From positions 1 through 17,795 of the forward strand of contig JAWOFX010000179.1 in NCBI GenBank assembly GCA_046497275.1: a stretch of DNA of 17,795 nucleotides, read 5' to 3'. The position numbers and the translations under genes are program-made. The DNA is from Promethearchaeia archaeon (GTDB taxonomy: Archaea; Asgardarchaeota; Lokiarchaeia; Sigyniarchaeales; SOKP01). This document shows, in pieces, positions 7,871-15,263 of this stretch. The notes under the pieces are model-generated. The model saw only the letters and a program-made list of their open reading frames with translations. It had not been told where the DNA came from and searched no databases. Every line of letters starts with the position of its first letter. Positions within the stretch are counted from its first letter, which is position 1.

Positions 7871-8587
7871 TCAAATTAAATTTTTTTCTATAATCCATTT
7901 CTCTACTTTAAAAAGCTGATAATTTTGGCGTTCTTGGACATTATAATTAGAATGAATGGTACTTTTTGGTATCCAAAACTCTTGTCCATTTTCTAAATCT
8001 ATCAATAGTGCTTTTTGGCTCTCAATTTTTATTTTCGCTCGAATCTCAACTAAATCAACTGAAACTCCATATTCCGTAGTTTCAACTACATGAAGGCCGT
8101 CTTGAGCATAAATTTGTTCAGAAAACACACGATATTCTTCTCGTTCATCTTTCTCCTTTTCTTCAAGTTTTTCCTTAAATGTACCGCTAGTTGCAAATTC
8201 AACTTTCTCTTTTGTTATATGGTCAAGAAGTAAAGTTAAAAACCTTGTACTTGGAAATCTAAACTTTTTTTCATAATCTCCAATCCTAAATACACAGACA
8301 TTTCTAGATTGATCCTCCCAACCCACATATATTTCTGTTTTATCATCTTGGAATACATGATATCCACGCCAATTTGCTAACCGTCTATTCAAGACTTCCA
8401 AAATACAAATGGTTTCTTCGATGCTTAATTTCACTGTTTTACCCTCTCCTTGAGAAGGTTTTTCCCAAATTCCCTCTTCTTTTCGCTTGATACATGTTAT
8501 AAATATATGTGGTAAATTTTTAGCGGGACTCTGGAAAATAACGCCAACCTCATGACCAAAAAAAGATTTATTATGTATATCAGTCAA
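7871..8587 (-). CDS. Hypothetical protein, 238 aa; possible Whirly/PC4-like nucleic-acid-binding N-terminal region plus a small C-terminal W-x-PKS domain
   Basis: Long open frame with a TTG start, probably co-transcribed with the CDF gene (16-bp gap to the ATG at 7854). The fold assignment is pattern-based only. Confidence 0.7.
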   Translation of the reverse strand: MTDIHNKSFFGHEVGVIFQSPAKNLPHIFITCIKRKEEGIWEKPSQGEGKTVKLSIEETICILEVLNRRLANWRGYHVFQDDKTEIYVGWEDQSRNVCVFRIGDYEKKFRFPSTRFLTLLLDHITKEKVEFATSGTFKEKLEEKEKDEREEYRVFSEQIYAQDGLHVVETTEYGVSVDLVEIRAKIKIESQKALLIDLENGQEFWIPKSTIHSNYNVQERQNYQLFKVEKWIIEKNLI

Positions 8588-8815
8588 TTTCTTAAAGTAA
8601 AATTATATGATTATTTAAATCCTTCTAATTATCTTATATACCAATAATAATTTAAGATCATTCAAAATTTTTTCAGACTTTTAGCAATTTCTATGAGAGA
8701 TTAAAAGATTATAAAAAAAACTATATATCTAAACGTAAATAATGATTTAGTATAAAACAAATTTTTCATATCTAAATTCCATTTATTTGGTAACTTTGAG
8801 AGGATTTTTCAAATA

Positions 8816-10150
8816 ATGACAAATTTATTTCTTCAAATTTTTGTGCTAATATGTTTTCTTGGTGTGGTTATTGTTCTTTTTTTTGAAGATAAGGATTATA
8901 TATACTTTACTTTCATCTTTATTGTGTTAGCCGGATTAGTAACTGCTATTTTTATTCCTGAAACACGTACTTTGGAATTTTATATCGAAAAAATTGAATG
9001 GGAAGTTATTTTTTTCTTAATTACTATGTTTACTATAGTCGAAATCCTTAAGGAAAATAAAGTATTTGATGAAATCGCTCGATTAGTGGTGGTTAAATAT
9101 CAAACAAATGTACGTAAAATGTTTTATGTTATATGTGTGATTTCTACATTATTAGCCACAATAGTTGAAGATTTGTCTGTCGCTATGATATTTGCGCCAA
9201 TCATCATCGTTGCGTGTCGAAAATTAAATATTAAACCTGCAGCATACTTACTTGGAATGACAATTTGCATAAATATTGCGGCGACTTTAACTCCATTTGG
9301 TTCTGCTCAAAATATCCTAATTACAAATGAATTTGATTTGGACATATTATGGTTTATTATTAATTTAGGCCCTTATTTTGTCATATCATTACTATCTACT
9401 CTTTTATTGTTAGATAAGTTTTCTTTGAAAAGAGATATTAATTTCTGTGCTACTCATACATGCCGACCTGAAGAAATTGAGGGGGATACATTATTAAATG
9501 AACCGAATATAAAAAAGCGGAAGTTTGCAATAAATCTAATAGGATTATTAATTTTTATTGTTTTACTTCTTATTGTTCCCGAAATTTACTTGGCAGGATT
9601 AATTGGTGCGCTAATATTCGTGTTAATAAATCCTATCAAAAATAAGGAAGGAAAGAAATCTTTATCCCTCTCAAAATATCTTTCCAATGTGGATTACAAA
9701 CTCATATACTTTTTTATAGCATTGTTTATTTTTGTGGGATTATTAGACGCAAATGGAACATTAATTATCATTGAAACGTTGATTTCGAATGTATCGGCTG
9801 AAAATGAGTTTATCTTGGCCATAATTATACTACTAAGCACTTCAATTTTAAGCGGTTTAATAGATAATACGCCCGTGACTATAATTTTCATTCCGATTGT
9901 AAGATTTTTATTTAAATTACCTGAATTTTATCTCGGTCCTCTTGTTGTCGCATTCATTCTGGGAATTAATCTGGGAGGAAACTTCTTACCACAAGGCTCA
10001 GCCGCAGATTTAGCAACTTTAGAAATCAGTAGAGATAATCAAGTTGAAGATATGTCTTATAAGCGACTATTTAAAGTAGGAGGATTATATGCGCTTTTTC
10101 ACGTTTTACTTGGGATTGGATATCTAGCAGTATTAGTGTTTCTTTTTTAA
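8816..10150 (+). CDS. Ion transporter (IT) superfamily permease, ArsB/NhaD/SLC13-like, 444 aa
   Basis: About 11-12 hydrophobic segments. Motifs IEWEVIFFLITM, AATLTPFGSAQN, LSGLIDNTP and NLGGNFLPQGSAA. Confidence 0.85.
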   Translation: MTNLFLQIFVLICFLGVVIVLFFEDKDYIYFTFIFIVLAGLVTAIFIPETRTLEFYIEKIEWEVIFFLITMFTIVEILKENKVFDEIARLVVVKYQTNVRKMFYVICVISTLLATIVEDLSVAMIFAPIIIVACRKLNIKPAAYLLGMTICINIAATLTPFGSAQNILITNEFDLDILWFIINLGPYFVISLLSTLLLLDKFSLKRDINFCATHTCRPEEIEGDTLLNEPNIKKRKFAINLIGLLIFIVLLLIVPEIYLAGLIGALIFVLINPIKNKEGKKSLSLSKYLSNVDYKLIYFFIALFIFVGLLDANGTLIIIETLISNVSAENEFILAIIILLSTSILSGLIDNTPVTIIFIPIVRFLFKLPEFYLGPLVVAFILGINLGGNFLPQGSAADLATLEISRDNQVEDMSYKRLFKVGGLYALFHVLLGIGYLAVLVFLF

Positions 10151-10196
10151 TCTAAAAAAAAAAATTATATGAGATTCTTATTTTCCCAAATACTAA

Positions 10197-10210
10197 TAGG
10201 ATTAATCCTA
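10197..10210. promoter_or_regulatory. Perfect 14-bp palindrome TAGGATTAATCCTA, candidate operator for the DUF3604 gene
   Basis: Read directly. It lies 14 bp upstream of the ATG at 10225 and ~26 bp downstream of an A11-TTATAT BRE/TATA-like element (10154-10170). Confidence 0.5.
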
Positions 10211-10224
10211 ACCTAATTTACAAT

Positions 10225-12555
10225 ATGATAGATTATTACTCTAAAGTAGAAAAATATGGATGTATTGATCTAAATCCTTCTAAAGAGCATATTGCTGGTA
10301 CTTTTGCCTCATTTGAGTTAATATATACCGCAGGTATTTATGGTATGGATGATCTGGGCGGATTAAAAATCTTATTTAGATATGCTTGTGACCAGAGTCC
10401 TCTTCAGATGAAGAAACCTAAAGCTGTGGGTTATACAACTGCGATTGCATCAAATGGAGCCGCAGTAGAATTATCATATTATTTAAGAGAAGGAGAACGA
10501 CCATGGTATAAAGTACTCAAGATTAGAATAGCTGGGAAGGGCTTAAAGGAGGGAGAAAAAATCATTATTAGAGTGGGAGATCAAAGGTTTGGATCTCCAG
10601 GAATTAGATTACAAACTTTCGTGGAACCAGAATTTGAATTCCGTACCTTAGTTGATGTGTTTTCTACTAATTTTTTTAAACCTATTAAAAGTCCTAAAAT
10701 TGCTCTTATCAGTGGAAAACCTACTAGATGGAAACTTATTTTACCAACATTACGTCGAGCAAAACAAACATTTACATTAAAAATACGTGCTGAAGATAAA
10801 TGGGGAAATCCCTCCAATCAAATAAATGGCAGATTTATTCTTAAATCAAATACTAAAATTGACGGATTACCATCCATTTTTAATTGGAAAATGGGAAATT
10901 ACTCGAAAATTATTGAAAATCTCTCAGTTGAACAAATAAAAAATAATGAATCCGTTATAAGAATTAAATTATTAGATGATACTAAAAATAATCTCACTAT
11001 TTCAAATCCCTTAGTGATTAAAAAAAACACTTCTCTTCTACATTTTTGGGGAGACATTCACGGTCAATCTCAGGAAACTATCGGGACGAATACAGCCCGA
11101 AGTTATTTTGAATTCGCTCGAGATTATGCATTTTTGGATGTTATAGGTCATCAAGCAAATGATTTCCAGATAACAATAAATTTATGGAAAAAAATCAATC
11201 GACTATCGGATGAGTTTAATCATCCAGGTAAGTTTATAACTCTTATTGGGTATGAATATTCCGCAAATACTTCGCTTGGCGGAGATAGAAATGTTTATTT
11301 TCTAGAACCACATCGACAGATTCATCGCTCTTCTCATGCATTAATTCAAGATAAAAGTGATCTTGATACTGATTGTCTCTCTGTCTCTGATTTATTTAGT
11401 GAACTTATTAAAGATAATCCAGATTATGAAAGATCTGTCTTAGTTATTGCCCATGCGGGGGGAAGATACGCAGATATTTTGAACTTTCATGATGGAAGAT
11501 TAGAAACTTCCATAGAGATTCATTCAGCTTGGGGCACATTTGAATGGCTTTTGTGGGATGCATTTGAGAAGAATTATAGAGTTGGAATTGTTGCTAATGG
11601 AGATGATCATAAAGGACGCCCAGGATCTGCATATCCTGGAATTTCTAAATTCGGGGCCTTAGGAGGACTGACATGTTTTTTAAGCGAGGATTTATCTCGA
11701 GAGGCTATTTTTAAAGCTCTCAAACGGCGACATCATTATGCAACAACTGGAGAGCGCATATTCCTAGATCTTATAGGGATTTTAAATTCTGATGGGGTTG
11801 TTTTTGAAAGAGATCCTGCTCTTTATCCTAATAAAACAGTAAATTTTGAAAAATCTAGAGAAACTCGCATGGGAGATATTGTTAAAATATTCAAAACAAA
11901 TAGTAAAACAGATTATAAGATCACTCTTAAAATTAATATAGAAGGGAGATCACCCATAGAAAGAATAGAAATTTTCAATGGAAATAAATTAATAGAAACT
12001 ATTAAGCCATTTTTGGGTAAGGAAAATAATAATAAAATAAATAATGAAGAATTTGAAAGAATAAGAATCTTATGGGAAGGAGCAGAATTTAGAGCACGTC
12101 GACGTAATGTAGAGTGGGTTGGTGCGGCTGAATTTGTCGAGAATACTATAAAAGAAATTAAATCGTTTAATTTCTGGAATGCCAGTGCTCCATTGCGTAG
12201 AGAGGGGCCAAATAAGGTATCTTGGAAGACTATGACATCTGGCAATTTTCAAGGATTTGATGTTATATTAACGGATAGAGAAAAGGGTGTCTTGAGGTTT
12301 AGATCATCTCAAATCAGTTTTGATTTGCTTATTTCTGAGATATCGATTCAAGAGAAAATATTTCAAGTCGGAGGATTGGGGAAAAGAGTACGTATATTTC
12401 GTCTTCCCAATATAAATAAGGAAGACTCTTGTTATTTGGAAAAACATTTTGAAATAGACCCTTTAAATAGAGAAGATGATCGTTTTTGGATCAAAATTAC
12501 ATTCGAAAATGGGCATCAAGCGTGGTCAAGCCCTATTTATATTATAAAAGAATAA
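10225..12555 (+). CDS. DUF3604-family PHP-like (amidohydrolase-fold) putative metallohydrolase, 776 aa
   Basis: WGDIHGQS, GHQAND, GYEYS, HAGGRYAD, EIHSAWG, NGDDHKGRPG, RRHHYATTG and C-terminal AWSSPIY. Confidence 0.75.
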   Translation: MIDYYSKVEKYGCIDLNPSKEHIAGTFASFELIYTAGIYGMDDLGGLKILFRYACDQSPLQMKKPKAVGYTTAIASNGAAVELSYYLREGERPWYKVLKIRIAGKGLKEGEKIIIRVGDQRFGSPGIRLQTFVEPEFEFRTLVDVFSTNFFKPIKSPKIALISGKPTRWKLILPTLRRAKQTFTLKIRAEDKWGNPSNQINGRFILKSNTKIDGLPSIFNWKMGNYSKIIENLSVEQIKNNESVIRIKLLDDTKNNLTISNPLVIKKNTSLLHFWGDIHGQSQETIGTNTARSYFEFARDYAFLDVIGHQANDFQITINLWKKINRLSDEFNHPGKFITLIGYEYSANTSLGGDRNVYFLEPHRQIHRSSHALIQDKSDLDTDCLSVSDLFSELIKDNPDYERSVLVIAHAGGRYADILNFHDGRLETSIEIHSAWGTFEWLLWDAFEKNYRVGIVANGDDHKGRPGSAYPGISKFGALGGLTCFLSEDLSREAIFKALKRRHHYATTGERIFLDLIGILNSDGVVFERDPALYPNKTVNFEKSRETRMGDIVKIFKTNSKTDYKITLKINIEGRSPIERIEIFNGNKLIETIKPFLGKENNNKINNEEFERIRILWEGAEFRARRRNVEWVGAAEFVENTIKEIKSFNFWNASAPLRREGPNKVSWKTMTSGNFQGFDVILTDREKGVLRFRSSQISFDLLISEISIQEKIFQVGGLGKRVRIFRLPNINKEDSCYLEKHFEIDPLNREDDRFWIKITFENGHQAWSSPIYIIKE

Positions 12556-12704
12556 TATTTGGTTTAGAAGGAATTGATTAATTAACCATAAATTTATATT
12601 TTTCCGTTACATATAGATTATACATCGAAATTAGTGTTTGAAATAATAATAAATAGGCGAATTTAAGTTTATTTTTAAATCACGGCAAATAGGTCTAATA
12701 TAAC

Positions 12705-14576
12705 ATGATTCCAAAACAAATGAGAGAGTTTTTATGGGAACACCTTCCCATCAGTGCTATTGAAAATCGGTTAGTCAAAGAACAAGGCAAATGTTATTTA
12801 GAGTTTGAAAGTAAAGATGAACATCTTCTTTCCCATATCGGGATAATTCGAGATAAATTAGGGCCTAATCTAGTTGTTTGCATGTGGGATGAAGAGTCAG
12901 AAATGGAAATTGGAGGTTATCTGATAGTTGATAATATCTCAATGGGAACACCTTCTATGGGGGGAATTAGAATGTTACCCGATCTGGTCCCCTCTGATAT
13001 TTATAATTTAGCAAGAGGAATGACATTAAAAAATTCTGCTGCAAACTTGGCATATGGAGGAGGTAAAGCAGGTATAGTCGCAAATAGAGAAATCTCTCCT
13101 CAAAAGCATAAAGAAATTATAAAGGGGTTTGCCCGATTAATTAAAAAATACCAGCATTTATATGTCCCAGGTCCTGATGTGGGAACAAATGATAAAGATA
13201 TGAAAACTATAGCGATAGAAAATGGCATAGATAGTACAGTATCAAAAACAGCAGATATGGGGGGAAATAGAATAGACGAATTAGGAGCCGCGGGAGGAGG
13301 AGTAGTAATCGCCCTCCAAACCCTTTTAGAAATCATGCCTCGATTAAGAGTATTGCCTCAATTCTCGAACCTTGAAATTCCCTCACAAGAGAATTTAGAT
13401 ATTATATTACAAGGATTTGGGGCTGTAGGTGCTCATGCAACACGCATTTTGAAAGAGAGAATACCTAAAGCGAAAGTTATCGGAATAAGTGATATTGAAG
13501 GATATTTACACAATAAAGATGGATTACCTGTCGAAGAATTATTTGATTTATGGACAGAAAAAACATTGGTGACAACAGAATATTTTAAATCTCATCTTAT
13601 TGATAAGGGTTATAAATTTCCTACTAAATTTTCAACAAACCCAGATAATTTATTACGAGAAGATGCTTTTTGTATGGTCCCAGCAGCGCCCGTATTCAAT
13701 TATCTTGGAGTAAGAAAATCAGAAAACTGTTCTATGACTGTGGAAAATATGGGAAAATGGCAATTAATTGTTGAAGGTGCTAACACCTATTCCCCAGATC
13801 CTAATAAAAAGGCTGGTAGAACTCGGATGGAACAGATTGTTTATCGTGAAAATGGTGTGATGATTGCTAATGATTATTTAGTAAACTCGGGGGGAGTTAT
13901 ATTCGCTGCTCAAGAACATATTATAAAAACACCCGATGAGCTACAAATACCAGAAGAGATGTTAGGGAATGAAGAGGCAGTTAATGATTGGTTAAATGAA
14001 CATGCCGAAGAATTCAAACTTTTATCCAAAAAACGTTTAGAAGCTGGAAGAGACGCGAGAGAAGGAGTAATCAGGCATAATATGATAGAATTAGTTGATA
14101 TGTTGACAGCTAACCAGGAACTTTTGCCGACTCCCGCAGCAGAAAGAATAAGTCTGAAACGTCTTGCCAAGAGTGAGCGTGAGAAAACTGCTGTGGACAT
14201 TATGGAAGACATTTCCATAATTGATATAGATAGCTCTATTCATGAAGCTGCATCCATGATAATAAAAGGTCCCAGTAATATGGTCGCTGTTCTCTCTGAT
14301 AAAAAATTGGTTGGTGTCATTACAGCATGGGATATAACTAAATCCATCGCAGATCGTAAATTTACATCAAAACTTGAGGAAATTATGACTAAAGATGTCA
14401 TTAGTGCCGCACCTAATCATGATCTTTTGTTGATAATTAGCAGATTAGAACAATATCAAATATCTGCAATGCCTGTTGTTGATAATTCCCAAGTTCTCGG
14501 TTATGTAAGTTCCGATCTAATAACTCAGCGGTATGTAGCCCGATTTATGCAAGATCAGGAATTTTTAAGATTATAA
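12705..14576 (+). CDS. Glu/Leu/Phe/Val-family amino-acid dehydrogenase fused to a C-terminal CBS pair, 623 aa
   Basis: MGGIRM, MTLK, YGGGK, PGPDVGT, GFGAVG Rossmann motif, EGAN and NSGGV. Two CBS repeats run from ~aa 495 (LVGVITAWD; ISAMPVVD). Confidence 0.9.
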   Translation: MIPKQMREFLWEHLPISAIENRLVKEQGKCYLEFESKDEHLLSHIGIIRDKLGPNLVVCMWDEESEMEIGGYLIVDNISMGTPSMGGIRMLPDLVPSDIYNLARGMTLKNSAANLAYGGGKAGIVANREISPQKHKEIIKGFARLIKKYQHLYVPGPDVGTNDKDMKTIAIENGIDSTVSKTADMGGNRIDELGAAGGGVVIALQTLLEIMPRLRVLPQFSNLEIPSQENLDIILQGFGAVGAHATRILKERIPKAKVIGISDIEGYLHNKDGLPVEELFDLWTEKTLVTTEYFKSHLIDKGYKFPTKFSTNPDNLLREDAFCMVPAAPVFNYLGVRKSENCSMTVENMGKWQLIVEGANTYSPDPNKKAGRTRMEQIVYRENGVMIANDYLVNSGGVIFAAQEHIIKTPDELQIPEEMLGNEEAVNDWLNEHAEEFKLLSKKRLEAGRDAREGVIRHNMIELVDMLTANQELLPTPAAERISLKRLAKSEREKTAVDIMEDISIIDIDSSIHEAASMIIKGPSNMVAVLSDKKLVGVITAWDITKSIADRKFTSKLEEIMTKDVISAAPNHDLLLIISRLEQYQISAMPVVDNSQVLGYVSSDLITQRYVARFMQDQEFLRL

Positions 14577-14593
14577 TTTTTTAATCTTTTTTT
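14577..14593 (+). terminator. T-rich tract after the dehydrogenase-CBS gene
   Basis: TTTTTTAATCTTTTTTT follows the TAA stop immediately. Confidence 0.4.
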
Positions 14594-14789
14594 AATGATC
14601 AATACCATAAAATAAGTTATTGATGCTTAAAGCACGATAATTCTAATTTTTTAAATTCTTAAAAATCTTTAGCACTCTTAGGAATTCCAATATATCAATT
14701 TAAGGAAAGAAAATAGATAATATTCGACTTAATTACTCTAAATATAAATGTAAAATTATAAAGCTTTTTTACTCATATTTAAGGAGAGG

Positions 14790-15095
14790 CTACATTAGTT
14801 CAATCTCGACTAGGACCGACTCGGGAATTTGAATCTTCATGATTAAATGCATGGACTTTTCGTTTGCTATTACCTCGAAGAGTCTTTTGTGGATCCGCAT
14901 CTCGAATTTAGCCCATGTAGCAGTTCCCTGACCCGAAGGAGATTTCCTGGTAGGGACTTCCAATCGTTTCGTCGGTAAAGGAATCGGTCCGTACTTCTTG
15001 ATGCCTTGTGTTTTACACACCGTTTCAATTTGCTCGCACACAGATTTAAGCGCTTCTAGGTTTATGGATGATAGTCGAATTCTCGCTTTTTGCAC
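14790..15095 (-). CDS. rpsJ: 30S ribosomal protein uS10 (archaeal type), 101 aa
   Basis: QKARIRLSS, GPIPLPTKRL, RKSP..G..TW..FEMRIHKRL and IQIPESVLVEIEL. GTG start with GGTG 7 nt upstream. Confidence 0.97.
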   Translation of the reverse strand: MQKARIRLSSINLEALKSVCEQIETVCKTQGIKKYGPIPLPTKRLEVPTRKSPSGQGTATWAKFEMRIHKRLFEVIANEKSMHLIMKIQIPESVLVEIELM

Positions 15096-15263
15096 GTTTC
15101 TGCACCAATGTATTTTTACTTAATATGAGTCATTTTAATTCATTCTATATAGCAATAAGTAATAACAATAATTATTATTCTTAAATAAATTTTTTTATAA
15201 TTCTCGATTACTCTAATGCCTTTCTAACATATTGGAAAAAAATATGAGGAAAAAGAAGATTTT

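Noticed and set aside
14594-14634. ATGA-led hairpin (ATCAATA/TATTGAT, then TGCTT-A-AAGCA), considered as a possible Asgard SECIS
   Set aside because: The stem cannot form together with a proper UGAN/NGAN quartet, and the upstream gene ends in TAA with no in-frame TGA. It is more likely terminator-associated or chance.
14577-14789. Expected tRNA-Ser downstream of rpsJ
   Set aside because: The region is very AT-rich, with no cloverleaf or GTTCRA T-loop.
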